NCBI GenBank assembly: GCA_038046585.1
Contig: JBBSVX010000018.1
Coordinates: 1-49,618 of the forward strand
DNA from: an archaeon
GTDB lineage: Archaea > Iainarchaeota > Iainarchaeia > Iainarchaeales > JAAZKV01
DNA: 49,618 bases
Direction: 5' to 3'
Position numbers and translations under genes: made by a program. Positions 27,769-35,364 of the stretch are shown one piece after another. How positions within the stretch are numbered: the first letter of the stretch is position 1; each line of letters begins with the position of its first letter. The notes beneath the pieces are model-generated. The model was not told the origin of the DNA, did no database searches, and saw only the letters and a program-made list of their open reading frames with translations.

Positions 27769-28710
27769 AAGCAAGTAATCAACTTCAGGGTAATTTATCA
27801 TCGGGAGCTTGTAGTTTTGATAATCATCTATGCTTATTCTAGGGCAGGCGGTGTTGATTATTGCCTCGGCTTTCATTCCGAGCATCGCGTCCTGTGAAAT
27901 AAAGTCCATAATATATATCTTGGCTTTTTTGCCATCCTTCTCGAGCAGTTTCTTTATTTTCTCCGCTTCGCTTATTCTGTTTTGCCCTTCTTTTGTTGAA
28001 ACTATTATTGCATACTCATTCGCCGCCTTCGCGCGTTCGATTAAGAGTATTCTTCTTTTTAGGAATTCATTTTTCTCTTCGTCAAGGGTTTTCATTTCAA
28101 GGGTGATTGGGTTTGCGATTATCACTTTTTTTTGTGTTGCAAAGTGTATTCCTAAGGGGTGGAATAATCCGTCGCCGAAAAATATTATTGTGTTTGGTTT
28201 TACTTCTGCTGATGAATAGTTGCATCCGAGTACCTGTCCATCTTCTGTGCGTTGTCCTTTTCCAATATTTGTTTTTATGCCTGCTGTTTCAAAAGCTTTC
28301 TTAAGTTCTGGTAAATAATGCAAAAATTGCGCAGTAGTAACTATTCCAACTTCTCTAATATTGGCGTCTTTGAGCCATTCGGCGGCTATTTTTGATATTC
28401 TTTCAAATCTTTCTCCGAGTTCGTATTTGAGCGGAGCGTAAACAGTGGGTATTGATGTTTTTTTCAAGAATTGAGTGTGTCCAAGGTGGAGCACAGAATC
28501 GCATCCGAGTCTTTTTGCTTCGCTTTGTTTTAAGTCGCATGCTCCAAAACAAGGGTCCATCGCGGTTACTACTTCAAATCCGTGTCCCTCAAGCTCCTCC
28601 ATAAGCGCATCTACTCTAATTTTCAGTCCTTCGGGTATTTGCAAGAATACTTTCTTTGCCTTAAGCTTCTTGAGCTCTTTAACGGCTTGGGTTAGATCTA
28701 GCTTTAACAT
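27724..28710 (-). CDS. dph2: Diphthamide biosynthesis radical-SAM enzyme Dph2
   Basis: LQIPEGLK, PCFGACD, HLGH, GQVLGC, GDGLFHPLG, NTACPRISIDD. Confidence 0.95.
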   Translation of the reverse strand: MLKLDLTQAVKELKKLKAKKVFLQIPEGLKIRVDALMEELEGHGFEVVTAMDPCFGACDLKQSEAKRLGCDSVLHLGHTQFLKKTSIPTVYAPLKYELGERFERISKIAAEWLKDANIREVGIVTTAQFLHYLPELKKAFETAGIKTNIGKGQRTEDGQVLGCNYSSAEVKPNTIIFFGDGLFHPLGIHFATQKKVIIANPITLEMKTLDEEKNEFLKRRILLIERAKAANEYAIIVSTKEGQNRISEAEKIKKLLEKDGKKAKIYIMDFISQDAMLGMKAEAIINTACPRISIDDYQNYKLPMINYPEVDYLLGKKKYDNYKLVVVY

Positions 28711-28789
28711 TATTGATTACTATGTGGAAAGGGATTAAAGGATTCGTTTTTGGCGGAAGGAATAAAAGGCTCAAAAGCGATTGATATTT

Positions 28790-29599
28790 ATGCGCGGGAA
28801 AAGAGGCTGGAAATCAATAGTCAGCAAAGACATAAAGATTCATTCCATCGGCCCTTGGGGCGGCAAGCAAAAATCGTCCCATACCCTCTTGCCCGGCCAG
28901 ATTGCCCAAGCTGTTGTGCGACCGCAACTAGATCTTCACCGAAACCACATTCCTGACATTTCAACCCGAAGTGTTGTTGCCCGTCATGGGGTTGAAGTAG
29001 GATTTTATGCGAGTCAAGTCAATGACATTCTTGCAACCGGAAAAACCCCTTCTACTGTAATGATGATTCATCACGGAGAAATTCCTTTAAGGCTTAGAAG
29101 GGGTAACAGGACTCACAGAGTGTATTTCCCACAACTTGTAGAACCATTGAGAGTTCCTGAAATTATGCGGCTAAGAAAATCAGGCGAACTTGTTCTTGGA
29201 AAAGATTTTCAAGTGAATGACAACGGGCTTGTTGAAATAAAAGTTCATCCAGTTGTATATGAACCAAAAAAACAGCGTCTTGGCCAGATTCATAAGACAA
29301 ATTGGGTTTCTGGAAGCAAAAGAAAACAATTCATGGAAAATTTTGAGCGAAAGAAAAAATCTGTAAAAACAAAGTTTGGCAGAGTGGTTCTCACTGAAAC
29401 AAAATATGTGAAGCTTCCAAAAGATGTTGGATTGTTTTTTCTAAAAACTACTGACGGCACAAGCGTTCACATAAAATCTCTTTTAATTGACCCTGGATTT
29501 GAAGGGCCCATAGTTCTAGAAATCTTTGGAAGCAAAGAAGGCAAAAGACCCGACAATATATTGGCTTGGCTTGTAAGACCAAGAGCGGAACTAAGATAA
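28790..29599 (+). CDS. Basic protein with a C-terminal dCTP deaminase/dUTPase-like segment
   Basis: LTETKYVKLPKDV and SLLIDPGFEGPIVLEI match the trimeric dUTPase/Dcd pattern; RSS motif not seen. Confidence 0.6.
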   Translation: MRGKRGWKSIVSKDIKIHSIGPWGGKQKSSHTLLPGQIAQAVVRPQLDLHRNHIPDISTRSVVARHGVEVGFYASQVNDILATGKTPSTVMMIHHGEIPLRLRRGNRTHRVYFPQLVEPLRVPEIMRLRKSGELVLGKDFQVNDNGLVEIKVHPVVYEPKKQRLGQIHKTNWVSGSKRKQFMENFERKKKSVKTKFGRVVLTETKYVKLPKDVGLFFLKTTDGTSVHIKSLLIDPGFEGPIVLEIFGSKEGKRPDNILAWLVRPRAELR

Positions 29600-29625
29600 G
29601 CAATCTTGCCGGTTTTTTAGTTGCC

Positions 29626-32049
29626 CTATTTTGATAAGTGTTCAAGTATCTTTTTCTTTTCTTCAATCATGACTACTTTTCGTATTTCCTCTACTGCATC
29701 AATGTTGGCTGAAACCGAATCTATTCCCATCCAAACAAGCTTTGTAACCATTTCGGGGTTCGATGCAGCCTGTCCGCAGATGCTTGTCCTTACTCCAGCT
29801 GCCTTGCATTTCTTTATCACATATTCAAGCTGTCTTAGTATCGCAGGATGGAGTTCGTTGAACCATTTTTGTACAATGCCGTTGTTCCTGTCAAGCCCCA
29901 AAGTGAGTTGTGTCAAGTCATTTGTTCCAAATGAAATGAATTTTATGTGCGGTATTAGTTCATCGATTATCCATACTGCGGCGGGTGTTTCTACCATCAC
30001 CCCAAAATCAACTTCTTTTTGAAGGCCAACTTCTTTAGCAAGTTTTTTTGCCCCGTAAACTTCCTCTATATTTTGCACAAATGGTAGCATTATTCCCACG
30101 TTTGTTATTCCTTCTTCATAGAGTTCTTTGATTGCAAGTATTTGCGCTTTGAATAATTTCGGCTCGTCAAGATCTCTTCTTATCCCATGCCAGCCAAGCA
30201 TAGGGTTGTCTTCTTTTGGCTCCTTATCTCCGCCTTTAAGTTCCTTGTATTCGTCGCTTCTTGCATCAAACGTTCTAAACCAAACAGGTTTTCCTGGGAA
30301 TTTTTCTGCAACAATTTTTATTCCTGCTTTTACAACATCCTTTAGTTCTTTTTCCTTGTTTTGCCTGATGTATTCTGCCGGGTGCATTCCGGAATTGGTT
30401 ATCATGTGTTCTGCTCTTAATAGTCCTACTCCATCGGCATTTGTTTTTGCGGCGGATTCGGCAGCATCAATAAGCGCAACGTTTACTTTTACTTTTATTG
30501 AAAGATCCTTTAGGAGGGAGAGTATTTCTTTCTCTTCTTTTTTTCTTTCTTCCTGGCTCATTTCCTTGAATTTTATTCCGCCGTATTCGTTCACAATGCT
30601 TTTTGCTTTTTCTTCGGTTTGTTTTGAAGAAATGTGGGTTTTAATTTCGGCTTTCACAGCTTTTTCAATAGTATCAATTTCTTTTGGGGTGATTACTCTT
30701 CTTTCGTGCTTCTTTTCGGCAATGTTTACTTCTCCTTCGTAAACTATTCCATTGAATCCGTCAATAGTAACTTTTTGTCCGTCTATGAGAGTTTTTGTCG
30801 CAATTTCTGTTCCCACTACACAAGGTATTCCAAGTTCTCTTGAAACAATCGCTGCATGGCAAGTTCTTCCGCCTTCATCTGTGATTATTCCTGAAGCTTT
30901 CTTCATTATCGGTACCCATGAAGGTGAAGTCATTTTTGTCACGAGCAAGTCGCCGGTGTTTATTTTTGTAATGTCATCAATCGATGGGACAACTTTTACT
31001 ATTCCCGTTATTACTCCAGGGGATGCTGGAAGCCCTTTTAGAAGCTGTTTATTTTCTGCAGTAATATCGAGTTTCTTTTCATGAACCTTGCTTTTTAGGG
31101 TGGTAATCGGTCTTGCCTGTACAATGTAGAGGACGTTGTCTTCCATCGCCCATTCAATATCCATTCCTTTCTTGTAGTGGTTCTCAATGTTTCTTCCAAT
31201 TTCTGCAAGTTCAATAATCTTAGCATCCGAGAGCTTTTGTATCGCCGCTTTCTTTTCGCCAAGGTTTATCCTAATGTTTTCGTTGTCTTCCCTGGTTAGC
31301 ATCCATTCCTGCTTGTTTATTTTTTTGTCAGCTATTTTTAGTGTTGATTTTGTTACTGTGTAATTGTCAGGGGTTACACTTCCGCTTACAATTGTTTCTC
31401 CAAGCCCAAATCCTGCTTCAATGATTATTTTTGTCATGTCTCCGTTCGGATCTGCTGTGAACATTATTCCACTGATGTCGCTTTGAACCATTTTCTGAAC
31501 TACTGCACATAATCCCACTTGATCGGTTGCAAATCCTTGTCTCTTTCTGTAGTATACTGCGCGTGCAGTGAAAAGCGAGGCCCAGCATCTTTGAACTGCT
31601 TTCACTACCTCTTCTTCTCCGATGATATTTAGGTAAGTTTCCTGCTGTCCTGCAAAGGAAGCTTCGGGCAGATCTTCTGCTGTAGCCGAGCTTCTTACTG
31701 CGACATAAAGTTTCTTTCCGTTTTGTTGTGTTTGCATTACTCTATAAGCCTTGATAATTTCCGATTTAATTTCAGGAATCATCGGCGTCTTTTCAATAAG
31801 CTCTCTGATTTCTGCCGATGTTTTTTCTAGTTCTGCAGTATTCTCAACATCAATGACATCTATCGCTTTGACTATTCTATCTTGTATTTTTCTTTCTCTA
31901 ACAAATTTGAAGTAAGTATCTGATGTGACAATAAATCCGCCGGGAACCGGGAAGTTTGCAAGAGTCATTTCCCCTAAAGAAGCTCCTTTTCCGCCAACTT
32001 TGGGAACATCTTTCATGGTTACTTCTTCAAACCAGAGCAGTGTCTTCAT
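29626..32049 (-). CDS. ppsA: Phosphoenolpyruvate synthase (pyruvate, water dikinase)
   Basis: VGGKGASLGEM, VAVRSSATAEDLPEASFAGQQET, GGRTCHAAIVSRELG, EDNPMLGWHGIR, SFGTNDLTQ, SICGQA. Confidence 0.97.
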   Translation of the reverse strand: MKTLLWFEEVTMKDVPKVGGKGASLGEMTLANFPVPGGFIVTSDTYFKFVRERKIQDRIVKAIDVIDVENTAELEKTSAEIRELIEKTPMIPEIKSEIIKAYRVMQTQQNGKKLYVAVRSSATAEDLPEASFAGQQETYLNIIGEEEVVKAVQRCWASLFTARAVYYRKRQGFATDQVGLCAVVQKMVQSDISGIMFTADPNGDMTKIIIEAGFGLGETIVSGSVTPDNYTVTKSTLKIADKKINKQEWMLTREDNENIRINLGEKKAAIQKLSDAKIIELAEIGRNIENHYKKGMDIEWAMEDNVLYIVQARPITTLKSKVHEKKLDITAENKQLLKGLPASPGVITGIVKVVPSIDDITKINTGDLLVTKMTSPSWVPIMKKASGIITDEGGRTCHAAIVSRELGIPCVVGTEIATKTLIDGQKVTIDGFNGIVYEGEVNIAEKKHERRVITPKEIDTIEKAVKAEIKTHISSKQTEEKAKSIVNEYGGIKFKEMSQEERKKEEKEILSLLKDLSIKVKVNVALIDAAESAAKTNADGVGLLRAEHMITNSGMHPAEYIRQNKEKELKDVVKAGIKIVAEKFPGKPVWFRTFDARSDEYKELKGGDKEPKEDNPMLGWHGIRRDLDEPKLFKAQILAIKELYEEGITNVGIMLPFVQNIEEVYGAKKLAKEVGLQKEVDFGVMVETPAAVWIIDELIPHIKFISFGTNDLTQLTLGLDRNNGIVQKWFNELHPAILRQLEYVIKKCKAAGVRTSICGQAASNPEMVTKLVWMGIDSVSANIDAVEEIRKVVMIEEKKKILEHLSK

Positions 32050-32126
32050 GTCATTAGAATGATTTTAGGGGTTAAAAAGCGTTGCGTCTGCCCTCTTTAT
32101 TTTCGGGCTTTTAGGCGTTTTATTGT

Positions 32127-32773
32127 TTATACTTCGCCTTCGGTTTCCTTGTCAAGTCTTTTGAAGAACTTTTCCATGAACTTGTGGCGCTCTTTTGCTA
32201 TTTTTTTCCTTCGCTTGTGCAGAGCCGATCTTTTATGTATTTTAATTTTAGTTCAAATTCTCTAAAGGGCGTGTCTTCGTTTGAATAGGCTTCTGTGGAT
32301 TTTATGTCATGGTGCTTTGAATTGTGTAGTTTTGCTCCTATTTCGCCTGACCAAAGGAAAGCCCTTCCTATCCCTACTGCTCCGATAGAATCAAGTTTGT
32401 CTGCGTCAAAAAGTACTTTTGCTTCTAGCGTTGTTGGGGGGTTGTTTTTCCTGAACCTGTGCGTTGTGATGCAATGCGCAATATCGTTTATTTTTTTGGA
32501 TTCTAACCCATGTCTTGAAAGTATTTCGCGCGAAAGTTCTGCGCTTTTTTCTGCGTGGCAAATTGCGCCGTTCTTTTCCATCTCTTCTTTTCTCCCAATA
32601 TCGTGGAGAAGTGCGGCGAGCATCACTATTTCTAAATTCGCATTTTCTTTTTTTGCTATGTGCTCGGCCATTTTCATTACGCGTTCTGTGTGGGCAAAGT
32701 CGTGGCATCCATTCATTCCTTCAAAGTAGGGTTGGATTTCTTTTGTTATTGTTTCAACTAATGTTTCTTTCAT
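32127..32773 (-). pseudogene. HD-domain metal-dependent phosphohydrolase interrupted by a -1 frameshift at an A7 run (pseudogene, programmed slippage or assembly error)
   Basis: HDFAHTERV, AALLHDIGR, DADKLDSIGAVGIGR; ORF stops at 32198 but the -1 frame continues IAKERHKFMEKFFKRLDKETEGEV* to 32127. Confidence 0.85.
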
Positions 32774-32821
32774 GCGACTTATTTAGCAGCTAAATTAATT
32801 TAAGGCGTGTAGTCTGACGAA

Positions 32822-32951
32822 AAGAAGTATTCTAAAAAAAAGAGTTGGTTGAGCGTACGATGACGCTCATCCAATTTATTAGAGTTATTTCTTGCAAAGT
32901 AGCTTTTGCTACTTTGCGACAGTGAAAGTGAAGCGTCACTTTCACTTTTTT
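32822..32951 (+). ncRNA. Candidate structured RNA (three hairpins plus T-tract) converging on the rpl10e 3' end; alternatively a structured rpl10e 3' UTR
   Basis: Stems 32845-32874 (extendable to 32823-32892), 32894-32917 (10 bp perfect), 32921-32946 (11 bp perfect); G-U pairs favour the + strand. Confidence 0.4.
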
Positions 32952-33757
32952 CCAGCTGGTTTTGCTGCCGGAGCGCCTTTTGCGCCTGCTGCGGGTGCAG
33001 CTGCGGGGCCTTTGCCTGCCGCAGGTGCGCCTTTTGCGCCTGCTGCTGGAGCTTTTCCTGCTGCGCCTTCTGCGCCAGGAGTTGCTGCTGCTGCCTCTGC
33101 TGCGAGAGTTGCTTCGTCCTTCTTAACTTCAACAACCTTCTCTTCGATTGCTTTTGAAGGCAAAGTTCCAAGGCTTTTTATGTCCTTGTGGAAAACAATA
33201 TCGATTTGGCAGGAAACTTTTGCTCTTGCTCTGCTTAAAGCTGTCTTTACTTTTTCTTTCTGGTATTCAAAGCAAAGAACGCTGAAAATTGCTTGTCCTT
33301 TTTTTACTCTTGCTGATCTTCCTATTGGTATTCCGTATGCTTGTGTCATTCCTTGTGAAACACGGTCAGCTCCGGCTCCCTGTGCTTGTTTGTTTTCTCT
33401 CATTATTTGGCTAGGGAAAACTCTTACTTTCATGAAATAGAAATCTTTTCCTAAATCTTTTACGAGCTTTCTGTTTACAGTTGATCTAACACTTTCAAGA
33501 GCGTTGTCTCTAATGTCTAAGCTGTCTTTAACAACAACATCTGCAACTGTGTCATATTTTAAAAGTGGATTTCCCATGTTGAATTGTCTTATCTTAAGCT
33601 GTGGGGAAGCGCCGATATAGTTTCTTTCAGGTCTTGCGCTTGCGAGTCTTGAGAAAGCTCTCTTTGGCTTCCTTCTTCTGGCGTGGCCGGTATCTCCTCT
33701 TGTTCTCTTTACGCTTTTTCTAGAATTTCTATAACATCTTGCCGGTCTTATTCCCAT
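32942..33757 (-). CDS. rpl10e: 50S ribosomal protein L10e (uL16) with Ala/Pro/Gly/Lys-rich tail
   Basis: MGIRPARCYR, IRDNALES.R, RENKQAQGAGADRVSQGMTQAYGIPIG. Confidence 0.96.
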   Translation of the reverse strand: MGIRPARCYRNSRKSVKRTRGDTGHARRRKPKRAFSRLASARPERNYIGASPQLKIRQFNMGNPLLKYDTVADVVVKDSLDIRDNALESVRSTVNRKLVKDLGKDFYFMKVRVFPSQIMRENKQAQGAGADRVSQGMTQAYGIPIGRSARVKKGQAIFSVLCFEYQKEKVKTALSRARAKVSCQIDIVFHKDIKSLGTLPSKAIEEKVVEVKKDEATLAAEAAAATPGAEGAAGKAPAAGAKGAPAAGKGPAAAPAAGAKGAPAAKPAGKK

Positions 33758-33865
33758 TTTTTAGTCACCTAAAATTAATTTAATTAGCCAGCACTATGCT
33801 TGGCTCACCTAACTAACAGCCTAAGAAAACCTTTATAAGCCTTGTTTTTTCCTTCCAAAAATCAA

Positions 33866-33936
33866 AGCAGGAACGGGGAGTTGAACCCCGCTGATCGGCT
33901 CTGCAGGCCGGTGCATAACCGCTCTGCCATCCCTGC
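33866..33936 (-). tRNA. tRNA-Cys(GCA), no encoded CCA
   Basis: Cloverleaf: acceptor GCAGGGA/TTCCTGC, anticodon loop CT-GCA-GA, GGTTCAACTCC T-arm, U73 discriminator. Confidence 0.93.
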
Positions 33937-33959
33937 TGTTATACAGAAAATTACCTCCA

Positions 33960-33975
33960 TTTCGTTTAAAAAACT
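33960..33975. promoter_or_regulatory. Palindromic TATA (tttaaa) probably shared by the divergent tRNA-Cys and tRNA-Gly genes
   Basis: tttaaa at 33965-33970 lies about 28 nt from each mature tRNA 5' end. Confidence 0.55.
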
Positions 33976-33997
33976 GCTCTACTCACGAGTAAAATAG

Positions 33998-34149
33998 GCA
34001 GCCGTAGTGAAGTGGTATCATGCAACCTTCCCACAGCCTTGTTAAGGCTGGCGAAAAGTCTATCTTCGCCTTTGGCTCGATAGACTGAAGTAGCACGAAG
34101 AAATTTCGTGAATGAGGTTGAGCTCCGGGTTCAATTCCCGGCGGCTGCA
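33998..34149 (+). tRNA. tRNA-Gly(CCC) with 81-nt intron at position 37/38 (34034-34114)
   Basis: Acceptor GCAGCCG/CGGCTGC+A, anticodon stem CAACC/GGTTG, loop TT-CCC-A^A, T-arm CCGGGTTCAATTCCCGG. Confidence 0.92.
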
Positions 34150-34271
34150 TTTTGTTGTCGGCAAACATTGCTTGATTAAGTTTAACCACAATTTGTATTC
34201 TTTCTTTTATTAAGAGGGAAGACTTGCAAAAGCTTATATGTTTTGTAATGGGTTATATTTGTGGTGATTTG

Positions 34272-34601
34272 ATGCCGGCTTCGCGTAGGAACACTTTAGT
34301 TAGAAAAATATTTGGGATTAATGCTGCTTCGCAAGAAGCAAATCTTGCAAGACAACGTCTTGAAAAGGAACGCGTACGTCAGAAGCACATAAACAGTACT
34401 CCTCGCCCAACTACAAATACTTTTCCGCTGAGGGGTAGACGAGCTCCTGCTCGAATCTCTAGATTGAAGGATGTTGCTTTTGATACGCACATGAATCTGA
34501 GAGGGCGTTCGAATCTAAGGTCTGCAATGGTTCCATCCAGACTCCGCGCAAGTCCTGAAGCGATAGCTAAGTTGAAGCGAATGAAAGCTCTCCGAAAGTG
34601 A
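34272..34601 (+). CDS. Arg-rich orphan small protein (109 aa)
   Basis: BRE/TATA gcaaaag-cttatat at ~34226-34239, GGTGA SD at 34263-34267, ATG at 34272. Confidence 0.65.
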   Translation: MPASRRNTLVRKIFGINAASQEANLARQRLEKERVRQKHINSTPRPTTNTFPLRGRRAPARISRLKDVAFDTHMNLRGRSNLRSAMVPSRLRASPEAIAKLKRMKALRK

Positions 34602-34708
34602 ATGTTTTTCGCAGGATTTGAGCTAAAACAGACATATTTGACTGCATCTGACTTTTTTTCCAAAGCACGGCAGCCGCATTAAAATTGAATTGGTTCTGGT
34701 TTTATTTG

Positions 34709-35359
34709 ATGGATTCAAACAAAGTTGATTTGGCAAATATAACTCCTGGTTTAGCAGTTGATATTGATGAGACTCTTTCTTGGACGATAGGGTATTGGGT
34801 GCAAGAGATGCAGAAGAAGTTTGGGAATCCTGAGAATCTGACTATTCATGAATTGATTAAGAAGTATCGTTATACTCAGAATGTTCCTTATTGGCAATCA
34901 AAAGAAGCGCGTGATTGGATGGAGCATCATAGGAATTCTGATGAAGTGCAGGAAGTTCTACCACTCATTGAAGGGTCACCGACTTTTTTGAACAAGATAA
35001 ATGAAATAATTCCTATATCTGCGTATCTTACAATAAGGCCTCAAATAGTTGTTAATGGGACGCAAAAATGGCTTAAGAAACACAATTTTCCAAACGCGCC
35101 TGTGATTTCGAGACCTAAAGAAGTTTTGATGGCTGACGGGAACAAGTGGAAAGCAAAAGTTCTTCAAGAAAATTTTCCAAAAATAAAAGGGATAATAGAC
35201 GATAACCCAAATTTAGTGAACTTGATTAGTTCTGATTATAAAGGTCTAATATTCCTTTATGATCACGAACCGGTTGAGTCCAAATTAAATGTTATTGCGT
35301 GTAAAGACTGGAAAGAAGTTTACGCCCAAGTAAAAGAATATTATTCTAAAAAAATGTGA
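34709..35359 (+). CDS. HAD-superfamily hydrolase, 5'(3')-deoxyribonucleotidase-like
   Basis: AVDIDETLS (DxDxT), YLTIRP, K, IIDDNP motifs. Confidence 0.8.
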   Translation: MDSNKVDLANITPGLAVDIDETLSWTIGYWVQEMQKKFGNPENLTIHELIKKYRYTQNVPYWQSKEARDWMEHHRNSDEVQEVLPLIEGSPTFLNKINEIIPISAYLTIRPQIVVNGTQKWLKKHNFPNAPVISRPKEVLMADGNKWKAKVLQENFPKIKGIIDDNPNLVNLISSDYKGLIFLYDHEPVESKLNVIACKDWKEVYAQVKEYYSKKM

Positions 35360-35364
35360 TTGAA

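Noticed and set aside
29621-31084. Long antisense ORFs over ppsA (similar ones over lonB, top6B, guaB and rpl10e)
   Set aside because: Shadow frames of well-conserved genes, with no SD or promoter and no recognisable motifs.
32814-32930. Hammerhead ribozyme suggested by CTGACGA (32814-32820) followed by stems
   Set aside because: The segment after the would-be stem II is GCAAA rather than GAAA, and no stem I can be formed.
34034-34114. Box C/D guide RNA or hammerhead inside the tRNA-Gly intron
   Set aside because: There is one CTGA but no RTGATGA C box, and CTGAAGT does not fit the CUGANGA core.
33866-35359. Integrated element at tRNA-Gly or tRNA-Cys
   Set aside because: No integrase and no duplicated tRNA 3' end seen; only an 8-bp match (ggcagccg) to the tRNA 5' end near 34668, compatible with chance.
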